Origin: Leucoraja erinacea
Lineage: Eukaryota
Direction of reading: 5' to 3'
DNA length: 64,000 nt
Assembly: GCF_028641065.1 (NCBI RefSeq)
Contig: NC_073381.1
Span: 77,624,001 to 77,688,000, forward strand
The translations under genes and the position numbers were made by a program. Of the stretch, positions 49,237-62,186 are shown in pieces. The notes beneath the pieces were generated by a model. The model was not told where the DNA came from. It ran no database searches and worked only from the letters and a program-made list of their open reading frames with translations. The first letter of the stretch is position 1. Every line of letters starts with the position of its first letter.

Positions 49237-51533
49237 GTTTGTATTATATTTAAAAATTCACGCACACAAAAGAATACCGGCACAAGGTTGCAGATTGGAA
49301 GTGCGAAATTCTAACAATGTTAACAATGTGACTGTTCTTTTCCCCTTTACTGGCTGGGGCATTAACAACTGTTTTGATAACATAGGAAAGATGTGCCTGT
49401 GGACAGGCACAAAATGCCAGAGTAGCTCAGTGGGACAGGCAGCATCTCTGGGGAGAAGGAATGGGTGACGTTTCGGGTCGAGCCCCTTCTTCAGACACTG
49501 TAGACCAGTTTCACATGATACTGCTTGATATTTAAATACATATCAGCCATTTCTGCATAGCAGAAATTGGTTTGAAAGTGTAGTCAAATTTTTAGGATCG
49601 AAGATGGATTTTGCAAAAGATGGTTTGTGGAAAGCCGTCAAAAGAGGAAGTTGTGGCCAGTGTAATTTTTTTTTCTTAATAGTCAATGAAGTGTTTTCAT
49701 ATCCAATTCCATGTACATAGTTGAAATTGTGTGACTGTAAGGAGCTGTCTATTGAAATTGAGGCTGACAGTTATTGGGTTGCTGACTCTATAGTACATCC
49801 CGCTGCACAACATCAGTAAAAGAGTGGCAGGAGCCCTGTTCAGATACGCAGACAGGCTTTCTGTGAGAATCCCGCGATTTTATACCTTCTAGGAGCAGAA
49901 CGGGATAGATCAGCTATGCTTGAATGATGGAGTAGGCTTGAATGGCCTCATTCTACTCCAGCCTCAATTTCAATCCCGTTCTCCTGCCTTCTCATCATAA
50001 CCCCTGGTACCAGTACTAGTCAAGAATCTGTCAATCCCCACCATTGACTTGGCCTCCACGGCCGTCTGTGGCAATGTATTCCACAATTTCTTGCCAGTAA
50101 GCCTGGGTGTTCCATCTGCAGATGGGAAACATCCCACAATATGAATTTCCCTGTACAAAGCCAGAGAATTCCACAGATGTAGGTGTAATGTTGTCCCTTG
50201 CAGATGCTTGGATTGATTTCCACACTGTTAAGGTGTTGGCTTTTGGCATGTACATGCAACTCTGATTTAAATCTATTTAGCTCTTGCAGGAACTCGTGCA
50301 GTAATGGCCTGGGGCTCAGTTGATTGCCTTTCATCAACTACAACAATTACGCTGAATGACTGCAGCCAGTTGGAAGTTTGTCCATTTATTTCCCATTGAC
50401 TACCACATTACTCCAGTTCAAAAATTGCACTCCAGTTGTTACTTGAAAGTCAATTATTAAACATGATCATGACCACCAATATAGGCAAGGTGACAGATAA
50501 TTGGAAACACCACCTTCAAATCAGACACCCTCTTTTGGAAATATATAATCCCGAGCATAAAGCATTGGTATCAAGAATCCAAATCCATGCCTCCCAGAAA
50601 GTAGCAACACAAGGGCGGCATGGTGGCACAGCGGTAGAGTTGCTTCCTTGCAGTGCCTGAGACCTGGGTCTATCCTGACTACGGGTGCTGTCTGTATGGA
50701 GTTTGTATGTTCTCCCCGTGGCCGTGTGGGATTGCTCCGGTTTCCTCTCTCATTCCAAAGACATACAGATTTGTAGGCTAATTGGCTTTGGTGAAAATTG
50801 TAAATTGTCCCTAGTGTACGGGATCGCTGGTTGGAGCGGACCTGGTGGGCCGAATAGCCTGTTTCCATGCTACATCTCTAAACAAAAGTAGATAATATGT
50901 AAAGAAGGTGCTTGCCTTCAGCAGTTGGGGCATTGAATATAAAAGTCAAGATGTTTGTTGCCATTTAATACAACTTTGGTTAGGCTGCAGCATTGTGTAC
51001 AGTTCTAGGAACCCCATGATAAGAAGGATTTGGAGAGGGTGGGGAAGAGATTCTACAGGACACTGCCTGGATTAGAGGATATTAGCTGTAAGAAAAGACT
51101 GGACACACTTGGATTGTTTTCTTTGAAGCAGAGGAGGCCAAGTCCACTTTCTGTAACTCATTCTGATTATGTATGTACCTTGTACATAATTGTACACCAC
51201 ACAGCTTTCTACATTATTTCAGTTGATCAGTCTTGTACTGTATTGATTACAATAAAAAATTAATATGTTGGTGTGAGACAGATCCTTCAAATCAACATGA
51301 CCACAGAAAAAGCCCTTTTATTTGCTTCCAGTGTTTGTTGCTCTGTAGATGACGGAGAATAATCAATATTAGGAACAAGGAAGTAGATGGTTTATATTCA
51401 TGTTCAATGGATAAAATATTTACTTATGTGCATTGTGGTCATGTTTTACAGTAAAAGCCATCTCATTCCATATTCGTTAATGAAATGTAACCTAATTTTA
51501 AGGAAATATGATTCAGATTTTTGTTTTATGAAG

Positions 51534-51588
51534 GTCACATTCTGGGAACAGCCTAGAAGAAGAAAGAAAACCACTAATAACCAGCTGA
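51534..51588 (+). CDS. SLC18B1: SLC18B1 last exon (SHSGNSLEEERKPLITS*) with acidic dileucine-type sorting motif
   Basis: Phase-2 acceptor ttttgttttatgaag|; EEERKPLI parallels the recalled human EEERTTLL; total CDS 1338 nt = 445 aa; AATAAA at 52042 and 52069. Confidence 0.85.
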
Positions 51589-52443
51589 ATGTCAAACATA
51601 TAATGGATGGTCCAGTTTCCTGCTGATCAATTTTCAATTACTGGTATATCCATAAACACCTTTAGTGTTTATACACTGTATAAAATATCCCCTGGTAGAC
51701 ACTTGTAACACTAATTATTCTACTATTTGTTCAGAATTGAAGTTTTTTTTTTTACATTACTGCCGCAAAGCATGTGAAAAGTAGATTACTAATGTAGAAA
51801 TATGAACATTACATTCTTCCAATGTAATCTGATGCCTTCACTACAATCAACTTGTCACAAATGCCAGCACTCTGGAATTCCATTCAATTTATCCACTGCC
51901 AGATTTTGAATGCGTGCAATCCTTTAATGCATTGTGACTGAGTTTTATAAAAGATGATTATAGTAGGATCTTTATCTGATCTGCATTGTCAGAAAAAAGC
52001 AACTTAACACTGATTTCTTGGGCACTGACAAAAGGCCAGTAAATAAAAGTTTATAATTGCATTCCTAAAATAAATAATAGTATTGTTGTGGAATAGTTTT
52101 GAGAATCTCGAGTAACAATTAGATTTGATTAGTTATAATCTATTTACTTAAAATGTATTTGGAAATATGGCAATTGCAGATGGTGGAAATGAAGGAGGAT
52201 AATGTGCTGGAGGTTAGTCAGGTGGAAGGTGAAGAGGGGATAGTATAGGACTGGGGAGGGAAGGGGGTGGAGGGAATATTAACGATTTAGACGAGGGAAT
52301 TAAATGTAACATCTCCAAGTTTGTGGATGACGCTAAGCTGGGTGGCAGTGTGAGCTGTGAGGTGGATGCTATGAGGCTGCAGGGTGATTTGGATTGGGTG
52401 GGTGAGTGGGCAGATACATAGCAGATGCAGTATAATGTGGATA

Positions 52444-53152
52444 TCCAGAAGTGGCGGTGCTGCCATGGCAGCAACGGCTCACCTGCAGTCCGTTTGTTTT
52501 TACTTTTTTGTGTTGTTTTTTTCCGTTTTGTCTAGATAAGTTTTTGGTTTTTAGGCTGTGTTTATGTGGGGGGTGGGGGGTTGAAACGCCCAGCCCGAGG
52601 GTGGAATGGCGCTCCCGTCGGAGCGGCCCAGCTCGAGGGTGGTACGGCACTCCCGTCAGAGCGGCCCAGCTCGAGGGTGGTACGGCGCTTCCGTCGGAGC
52701 GGCCCAGCTCGAGGGAGGAACGGCACTCACGTGAGGGCGATCCAGCTCGGGGCTGGAACGGTGCTCCGGTGGCTGGTACGGCGTTCTGGCGGCGGTGACC
52801 TGAGTCCGGGGTTCAGCCGCGGGCCAGTGGCTGCATCCGCTGGACTGGAGGGCGGCAGCTTCGACCACCCCGGGCCGCGGTGTTTGAGCCGGCCCGTTTG
52901 CGGGGTTCGGTGAGCTGCGGGACTGTTTGTACCATCGCCTGGTGGGGAATCGCCTCAACGCATAGGGAGAGGAGGAGGGAAGAGACTGCAGCCCTAAGAT
53001 TTTTGCCTCCACCACAGTGAGGAGGTGCTTGGAGGACTCACTGTGGTGGATGTTAATTTGTGTTTAGTGTTGTTTATTATTGTATGTATGACTGCAGGCA
53101 CGAAGTTTCGTTCAGGCAGGTCTGAATGACAATAAAGGTAATTCTAATTCTA
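52444..53152 (+). mobile_element. Non-coding retroelement with a 38-bp CpG-rich VNTR and a LINE-type tail
   Basis: Interrupts the CR1 at gtggata|aatgtg; 38-bp units start at 52588, 52626, 52664, 52702 and 52740; tail aatgacaataaaggt(aattct)2. Confidence 0.7.
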
Positions 53153-53212
53153 ATAAATGTGAGGTTATCCACTTTGATGGCAAGAACAAGAAGGCAGATT
53201 ATTATCTGAATG

Positions 53213-53830
53213 GATTGGAAAGAACTGCTGATGCTAGTTTAAATCGAAGGTAGACACAAAATGCTGGAGTAACTCAACGGGCCAGGCAGCATCTCTGGAG
53301 AAAAGGAATGGGTGACATTTAGGGTTGAGACCCTTCTTCAGACTGATGTCGGAAAGTGGATGGTACAGAAATGTAGTCGGAGACAGCAAGAAATGTGGTA
53401 GGAGAACTGGGAAGGGGATGGATTGAGAGAGGGAAAGCAAGGGCTACTTGAAGTTAGAAGTCAATGCTCATACCGCTGGGGTGTGAGCTACCCAAGCAAA
53501 ATATGAGGTGCCGTTCCTCCAATTTGCACTGGGCCTCATTCTGACGATGGAGGAGGTAGGCGTTCAGCAAAACGATCGTCGAGCCTACGCTTGGTATCGC
53601 CAATATACAGGAGTCCTCGCCAGGAACAGTGGATACAGTAGATGAGGTTGGTGGATGTGCAAGTGAACCTCTACCTCACCTGAAAAGACTCGAGGTCCTT
53701 GGACTGAGTCGAGGGCGGAGGTATAGAGACAGATGTTGCATCTCCTGCGGTTGCAGGGGAAAGTACCTGGGGAGGGAGTGGTTTGGTGGGAAGGGACGAG
53801 TTGACCAGGGAGTTGCGGAGAGAATGGTCT
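53213..53830 (-). mobile_element. Penelope-like element 3' part (GIY-YIG remnant plus pLTR)
   Basis: Reverse-strand remnant similar to the 24740-24965 GIY-YIG region, followed by the shared terminal repeat. Confidence 0.75.
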
Positions 53831-54659
53831 CAGGTTAGGAGAATGGAAGGTTCAACGAGACCTGGGTGTCCTTGTACATCAGTCACGGAAAGTAAACTTT
53901 CAGGTACAGCAGGCAGTGAAGAAGGCAAATGGCAGGTTGGCCTTCACAGCGAGAGGATTAAGAGTATAGGTGTAAGGAGGTCCTACTGCAGTTGTACAGG
54001 GCCCTGGTGAGACCATACCTGGAGTATTGTGTGCAGTTTTGGTCTCTTAATTTGAGGAAGGACATTCTTGCTATTGAGGCAGTGCAATGCAGGTTCACTA
54101 GGTTAATTCCTGGGATGGCGAGACTGACATATGATGAAAGAATGGGTTGACTGGGCTTGTATTCACTGGAATTTAGGATGAGAGGGGATCTTATAGAAAC
54201 ATATAAAATTCTGAAGGGATTGGACAGGCTAGATGCAGGAAAAATGTTCCTGATGTTCAGGGGAGTCCAGAACCAGGGGTCACAGTTTAAGAATAAGGGG
54301 TAGGCCATTTAGAACTGAGATGAGGAAAAAAGTTTTTACCCAGAGCATTGTGATCTGTGGAATTCTCTGCCACAGAAGGCAGTGGAGGCCAATTCATTGG
54401 ATGTTTTCGAGAGAGAATTAGATTTAGCTCTTGGGGCTAACGGAATCCAGGGATATGGGGAAAAAGCAGGAACGGTGTACTGATTTTGGATGAACAGCCA
54501 TGATCATATTGAATGGCGGTGCTGACTCGAAGGGCCGAATTGCCTACTCCTGCACCTATTTTCCATGTTTCCAACTTTGGGATGGTGGGATGAAAGGAGG
54601 TGAAAAGTCTAGGAAATGCATGAGAAGGGATGGGAAGCCACATTTCGTAAAATAACATT

Positions 54660-55310
54660 TCAGATGGAGGCACGAGACTGCAGGAGCTGGAATCTGGAGC
54701 AACGATCTGCTAGAGGTGTGCAAGACAGCATCTGTGGAAATAATCAACTTTTTAGGTTGAAATCCTGCATCAGAACATTTCGCACTCTGGTTATGCAAGG
54801 CATCGAGCAGATGCTGGGAGAAAGGGATGGCATCCTTACAAGATACAGTGGGAACACATGTGATCAAGGTAGCTCTGGGAGTCAGTTTATGATGAATGCC
54901 AGTGGACAGTTTGACTTGTGAGAGGGAGAAAAATCCAGAAAAGGGCAAGTATCATCAGGAATGGTCCTCGCCACATCCTCCCCACCTGCTCCAGGGCCCA
55001 CTCTCTCTGGTCTGCTCAACCCTCCCCTGCAACCATCAAGAAGATGCAACACTTGTTCCTTCACTCCCTACCTCACCACCATCCAGGCACCTAAGAAGCC
55101 CTTCCAGTTGAGGTAAAGATTCAACTTCATTTTTTGGAGATCAGCATTCTCCTTGTGGCTTCCCCTACATTGGTGAGACCAAGCACAGCCTAGGTGACGG
55201 AGTTGTAGAGTATCTGTCTGCAATTGGCATCCCAAGCTCCCAGTTGCATGCTATGACAATTGCCATTCCCATTTACCCATGAACCTGTCCATCCTCGCCC
55301 TTCACAGCCA
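54660..55310. mobile_element. Old rearranged Penelope-like fragments
   Basis: Minus-strand CKDAIPFSQ remnant and plus-strand degenerate YIGETK (GIY-YIG) remnant. Confidence 0.6.
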
Positions 55311-57800
55311 GGGAGAAAACGGGTGGTTAGCAAGTTTGCAGATGACAGTAAAATTGGTGGAGTTGCAGACAGTAATGAAGACTGTTAAAAGAAATAACAA
55401 GATATAAATCAATTATAGATCAGCTACAGAAATGGCAGATGGAGTTTTATCCAGTACAATTGTGAGGTGTTGCACTATGGAAGGATAAGGGCAATGTGTA
55501 CAGTTAAGGACAAAGTGTTGGAGTAATTCAGCAGACCACAAAATGCTGGAGTAACTCAGCGGGTCTACAATGGGTGGTACAGTTAATAGCAAAACATTTA
55601 ACAGCATTAAGATGGGCCATTTTGGTCAACATAGGCAAGTTGGGCCAAAAGGCCCGTTTCCATGCTGAATGATAGCACTACTGGTAAGATGTTTAATTGC
55701 ACATGTACCTCATCGTATTTGTACACATGGCAATAAACGTGACTGGAGGAGGGAATTCCTGGAGTGAGTCTGTTCGAAAATGCGAACTCCTCGAAAACCA
55801 TCTGTGAGCTGAAGCAACTTGAGCCCAGGGACAAAGACCTCAGGTAACCTCAGTACATCTAATCCTGAAACTAACTTGGATCTGTGTACATAGAAACATA
55901 GAACTTAGGTGCAGGAGTAGAGGCCATTCGGCCCTTCGAGCCTGCACCGCCAATTAATATGATGATGGCTGATCATCCAACTCAGTATCCCGTACCTGCC
56001 TTCTCCCTCTGATCCCCTTGGCCACAAGGGCCACATCTAACTCCCTCTTAAATATAGCCAATGAACTGGCCTCACCTACCCTCTGTGGCAGAGAGTTCCA
56101 GAGATTCAGGCACTCTCTGAAAAAACTCTCCTCATCTCGGTTTTAAAGGATTTCCCCCTTATCCTTAAGCTGTGACCCTTGTCTGGACTTCCCCAACATC
56201 GGGAACAATCTTCCTGCATCTAGCCTGTCCAACCCCTTTATTTGTAAGTTTCTATAAGATAAATCTCAATCTCCTTTTCTCATGCAGTCTATCCCTGCTT
56301 TCTCATAAGACAGTGGCTGACATCCCAGGAATCATCTGGTGTACCTTCTGTGCACTCCCTCTATGGCAATAATGTCCTTCCTCAGATTTGGAGACCAAAA
56401 CTGCACGCAATACTCCAGGTGTGGTCTCACCAAGACCCTATACAACTGCAGTAGAACCTTCCTGCTGCTATACTCAAATCCTCTTGCTATGAAAACCAAC
56501 ATGCCATTCGCTTTCTTTACTGCCTGCTGCACCTGCATGCCTACCTTCAATGACTGGTGTACCAAATTACGCTTGGACAGTAGCGTAGTGTGCTGATTTT
56601 TAGTTTGTCGGCGCTCTCTTGTCTGAAGACAATAATAACTAAGCTGTGAATAAGGAAGCCTTGAAACCTACCACTGGACTCCAAACATCCTTGGGGCAAA
56701 AAAAAAAAAGGTATGTTTTAGCAGATTCTTAATTTGCAGCGTCCCTGTATTTACAATTAATAAGATTATATTAATAATGACAATAACCAATGGGTATTAT
56801 TCTGCCAGTTACTTTTAAGACAGCATCATCAGTTTAATATTCCAGTCTTCAATCTAATGGAATACCAACTGGAAACCACTAGTTAAACTTGTCCTGCCTG
56901 ACCCAGGAAAAAAGATAAAAATAAAAACTTTAATATACAGAATGTATTTAAGTAATGTCCAAACAAGACAATGATTTAAAAAAAAGGACAAGAATACTTG
57001 CAGTGTCATTAAGCATTACAAACATTCTGGACATGATACAACAGGAACAAACTTAAAAAGCTTTGTACGTTCTCACATTGACTTATTTATTTTTGTTAGG
57101 TTTCAATCTTCAGTTTGAAACGTACTAAGACAACTTATGTAAATTTTAAAAACGTTTATTTATAATATTAACAAATGTACAGCATTGTTCAACTATAAAA
57201 ACAGGTACGAATGCAAGCAATTTCAAAAAGTTCCAAACCTGCTTCCAAAGATATTCACATAAAAATATGAAACGCAAGAACAGATTTATGTACACACACA
57301 CACACGGATGTTATACTTTACAAACCACACTAATCTGACAGCACACTGGTGAATGTACTGAGATCGGCAGTCATAGCTCATTAATGTAGCTAAATGTACA
57401 AAAAGGTCAACATTATTAAAGCAATTCACTTCCATCACATCACTGAAGGAGAGGAAACAAATCATGGCATTCTGCTGCATTGAACTTGTTGCAAACTTCT
57501 CAATGGTCAGTCCAGTAGAAACATTTCAATTTGGAAGACTGGGGAAGGCAGGTGGCAATACCTGATGAGATTATAATTGTAATAACGGCTGCTTGCATCA
57601 TGTGTGCATGCCATTTCAAAGTGTGATCTACGAAGACCGATGCTTAAGAAATATGTTTGCTGGAAACAAAAAGGGCAGACCCCCATGGCAATGAAGCTCT
57701 GTGTTCTATGTCTGCATCACAACATCAATCCTGTGCTTAATCTTCACAAAAACTCAAATCATCTCAGAAAAACAAATACAAGTCTCAGATGCATATGTTA

Positions 57801-57863
57801 TCAGTTATTCATGTTTCCTGTCCTTTTGAATAACTTCATCAAACAAAGGAATCTTTCCGATAC
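57801..57863 (-). CDS. CASP8AP2: CASP8AP2 last exon VSERFLCLMKLFKRTGNMNN*
   Basis: gtttcag| acceptor; VSERF..LMKLF motif; AATAAA on the minus strand at 57155-57160. Confidence 0.92.
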   Translation of the reverse strand, partial: VSERFLCLMKLFKRTGNMNN

Positions 57864-58104
57864 CTGAAACAAAAATACCATTGAATTATGTCTTTGGCCA
57901 CATGTTGATTTATTTTCTAATATTTCTTGTAATATTATTCATAATCCTGTAATATTATTCATAATCAGAATATCTTGTTTAAGGGATTTACATTAAACAG
58001 AGCATCAAGGCAACTACTAACAAGGGTGATACTCCTACATCAATACGGCACTAAATTGACTTGGACTCAAATATTCACCCTAACTACCCATAATTAAACT
58101 AGGG

Positions 58105-58434
58105 CAGGGGTCGGCAAACTTGTTATTCATAGGGGACAGGACACATGTCTGTGAGCAGATGGTGGGCCACATCTATGGCCATAATTAAAAAATATTTAAC
58201 GATAGTTTTAAAAATTGCAACAAAAATGTAACAAAAAGACAATTACCGCCAGGACAAACTGCAACTAAAGTGCAACACTGGCTGGAGCGGAATTCCTCAG
58301 CGACCCCGCTGATACTTCGCTTTCCTCCAGCTGTGTCTGTGTGCGCGCGTGTCTCTCTCTCGGATAAGTGTTGTGCGTGTGTTGGGTTACGCCTGCGGGC
58401 CGGGTGATTTCGGGTCGTAGGTTGCCGATCCCTG
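58105..58434. mobile_element. hAT (Charlie-like) MITE in the last CASP8AP2 intron
   Basis: TIR CAGGGGTCGGCAA...TTGCCGATCCCTG; perfect 8-bp TSD aactaggg. Confidence 0.9.
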
Positions 58435-58926
58435 AACTAGGGCAATGTTGGCTGCAGCCAATCATTAATGAACATTATGAAACATTTTATTGTTACTATC
58501 TTGAAAAATGCTTTCCAATTGTATGTGAGAATGTGTGTCAAGCAAGACTTCCATACGTCAGGCCATCTGTAACCTGGGGTGTCTCTGCACCTTCAAATCG
58601 CTGTTTATAGTTGTTTAGTTCAGCGATACAGCACAGAAGCAGCCCTTCAGCCCACACCGACCAACAATCCCCGCACACTAACACTATCCTACACACACTG
58701 GGGACAATTTACAATCTTTACCAAAATCAATTAACCTCCGTCTTTGGAGTGTGGGAGGAAACAGGAGCACGGTCATGAAGAGAACGTGCAAACTCCGTAC
58801 AGACAGCACCCTTAAGCAGAATCAAGGGCCCTGTAAGGCGGCAACTCTACCGACGCGCCACCTTGCCGCCCACGTATGCTTTATTACTGTTAAATTACCC
58901 TTCATCTTTCAGGAACCCGTGTTTAC

Positions 58927-59026
58927 CTGTCGTGGAGATCTTCGCAGTTTTCTTGCTAAGTAATTAAAAGTTTCTTCATTTGCCCCTTTCCGTCGGCAAT
59001 CCAACAGTATTGTTCGATCATCTTCC
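58927..59026 (-). CDS. CASP8AP2: CASP8AP2 penultimate exon, Myb/SANT-like domain (REDDRTILLDCRRKGANEETFNYLARKLRRSPRQ)
   Basis: tttttcag|...CAG|gtaaac, 100 nt, in phase with its neighbours. Confidence 0.92.
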
Positions 59027-60444
59027 CTGAAAAATAAACCGTAAAACAGGATTACACAACATAAATTAAACCAAACTTAACAAGAGACAAAAGAGAAACA
59101 CACCTGTCAAATAAAATTTCCATGGTCCAAATGAAGTTCAAAAGCAGAGTGCTAGAAACACTTCAGTCAGAGAACATTGGTTGGGAGCACGAGTTATTTA
59201 AAAGGATATGTCTTTAGTTAGGATTAGAGAAAAGGAACTGCATCAGCTGGCACCTTGCATACAGCACAAGGCACTGGAATAATTTAGGTTTACTTTGCCT
59301 GCAGGGTAGAAGCTGCTCCTGAACCCGGACGTTACAGTTTTCAAGTTCCTATACCTTCTTCCCGACGGCAGGAGTGAAATGAAAGTGTGGCCAAGGTGTG
59401 GGTCTCTGATGATGCTGGCTGCCTTTTTCAGTCATGACAATGTATTGTGCTGCAAGTTGGTATACACACAGCCTAATAAAAGCTAAATGGCAGAGACCTG
59501 GCAATAATGACTCGGGGCTTCAGGGTAGCAACATTCCATGAAGTGGAAAGATTGTGAAATCCACTGTGTAAAAGGGAGAACTGCAAATTAGAATGGGGAA
59601 ACAAAAATAAAAACACGGACATAAAACTTTACACGGGAGATTGAGAATTAACCGAGAACCATATCATCTTGACAACCTTGGTTTCACTTCAGAATTACAC
59701 CAGGGACAACGAAAAAAGGCAAGCATGTAGAAGACTGACAAATCCTTGGGAAACCATGCAAGTGCCAAACAGAAATTTAGAAGAGGACATATGCTAGAAA
59801 CCACAGATGCTGGAATCTTGTGCAAAAATCAAAGTGCCGGAAGCATTCAGTCGGTCAGGCAGCATCTGCAGAGGGAATGGACAGGTGACGTTTCAGGTCG
59901 GGACCTTAATTCATCCAAAATATTGATGGCCCATTCCCTCCACAGATGTTGACTGACCAGCAGTGTTCTCCAGTACTTTGTTTTATGCTTAAAATCCTCC
60001 GGCAATGCTCAAGATTAATAATAACAAAGCTGGTTTCCCTTTTAATGCCAACTCGTTCTTTGAAAGCCCCAAGTCCAGCCAAGAAATCAGTTCCTACATC
60101 TAGATTGAATTAACTCATGCCAGAGGCAATTCGTTCTGTAAACGCCCCAAGTCACCAGGGACTAACACAGAAATTTTTTCCTACATCTAGATGTGAATTG
60201 TGTTTATAATTTGTTTTGTGTTCCTTGTTCCGCCATTCCACTTTCCATTTCACTGCACATCTCGTATGTGTATGTGACAACGCCGAAAACTTGACTTGAG
60301 ACTTAACGTGCCTTCCTCCCCTTCCCATTCCAGACAATGTCTTGACAACGCCGAAAGCAAGGCTTATCAAAGGTGCCTCGTGTTCCGAGGGCGAGAGTCT
60401 ACCTACTCATTGTAATTTACAAAACATTGAGGGAAATTTTAGAC

Positions 60445-61405
60445 AGTCATAAGTGATAGTAGAAATAGGCCATTCGGCCCATCAAGTCTACTCCGCCATT
60501 CAATCATGGCTGATCTAACCCTCCCTCCTAACCACATTCTCCTGCCTTCTCCCCATAACCTTCGACACCAGTACTAATCAAGAATCTATACATCTCTGCT
60601 GTAAACATATCCACCGACTTGGCCTCCACAGCCAAATGTGGCAAAGAATTCCAGATTCACCACGCTCCGACTAAATAAATTCCTCCTCATCTCTTTCCTA
60701 ATGGAACGTCCTGTTATTCTTAGGCTATGACCTCTGGTCTTAGTCTCTCCCACTAATGGAAACATCCTCTCCATATCCACTCTATCCAAGCCTTTCTCTA
60801 TTTGTTGTTTCAATGAGATTTTCCCCTCATCCTTCTAAACGCCAGCGATCATTCTCGTAAGCCTCCTCTGGACCCTCTCCAGAGCCTGCACATCCTTCTT
60901 CAGATATGGTGCCCAATATTGCTCACAATATTCCAAAGTCTACACTTTTATTCCTACTACCAAAATGCATGACTCCACACTTTGCCACGCTGCATTCCAT
61001 CTGCCACTTCTCTGCCCACTCTCCCAACCTGTCCAAGTCCTTCAGCAGCGTCCCTGCTTTCTCTACACTTCTTGCCCCTCCCTATCTTCGTATCCTCTGC
61101 AAATCTGGCCACAAAACCTTCAATCCGCACATCCAAATCATTAACATACAACGTGAAGAGTAATGGCCCCAGCACCGACCCTGGCGAACTCTGCTGGTCA
61201 CTGACTGCCAACCAGAAAAAGCCCCCTTTATTGCCACTCTTTGCCTTCTGCCACCCAGCCAACCGGTTATCCATGTTAGTATCTGCCCTATCTATGCTGG
61301 TATCTGCCCTTTGATACCATTGGCTCTCATCTTCCTTAGCAGCCTCATATGCGGCACCTTATCCAAGGTTTTCTGAAAATCTAGTTCAGCAACATCCACC
61401 GACTC
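60445..61405 (-). mobile_element. Degenerate CR1 LINE fragments
   Basis: GSVLGPLLFTLYVNDLD..FAEDTKIG and GLDRVDMERMFPLVGE remnants. Confidence 0.85.
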
Positions 61406-61744
61406 CTTTGTCTGTCTGTTTAAGAATGCTGATGCTGGAAAAATCCAGGTAGACAAAAATGCTGGAGAAACTCAGCGGGTGAGGCAGCATCAATGGAGTG
61501 AAGGAATAGATGACGTTTCAGGTCGAGACCCTTCATCATGGTGACGTTTCGGGTCGAGTCCCTTATGAAGAAATTCTCATTGAAGAAATTTAAACATTTC
61601 ATGAAAATGCTTGGTAATGCAAACAGTGTATATAATCAATTTCAACCAATTCCGTACATACAGGCAACTGCAGACGATGGATCTTGCATAGATCATCAGG
61701 TGCTGGAGTAACTCAGCGGGTCAGGCAACATCTCTGGAGGACAT

Positions 61745-62186
61745 GAAACATAGAAAATAGGTGCAGGAGTAGGCCAATCGGCCCTTCGAGCCTGCACCGC
61801 CATTCGATATGATCATGGCTGATCATCAAACTCAGTATCCCATCCCTGCATTCTCTCCATACCCCCTGATCCCTTTAGCCACAAGGGCCACATCTAACTC
61901 CCTTTTAAATATAGCCAATGAACTGGCCTCAACTACCTTCTGTGGCAGAGAATTCCACAGATTCACCACTCTCTGTGTAAAAAATGATTTTCTCATCTCG
62001 GTCCTAAAAGACATCCCTCTTATCCTTAAACTGTGACCCCTAGTTCTGGACTTCCCCAACATCGGGAATAATCTTCTTGCATCTAGCCTGTCCAACCCCT
62101 TAAGAATTTTGTAAGTTTCTATAAGATCCCCCCTCAATCTTCTGAATTCCAGCGTGTACAAGCCGAGTCTATCCAGTCTTTCTTCA
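61745..62186 (-). mobile_element. CR1 LINE 3' fragment inserted in a Penelope-derived element
   Basis: EERLDRLGLYTLEFRRLRGDLIETYKI; flanked by the two halves of a pLTR copy. Confidence 0.9.

Larger units (their letters stand above)
52276..54560 (+). mobile_element. CR1 LINE fragment interrupted by a VNTR-bearing element and a Penelope fragment
   Basis: CR1 sequence at 52276-52443, 53153-53212 and 53832-54560. Confidence 0.85.

Noticed and set aside
52369-53015. Several 93-119 aa ORFs on both strands
   Set aside because: By-products of the GC-rich VNTR; no protein motifs.
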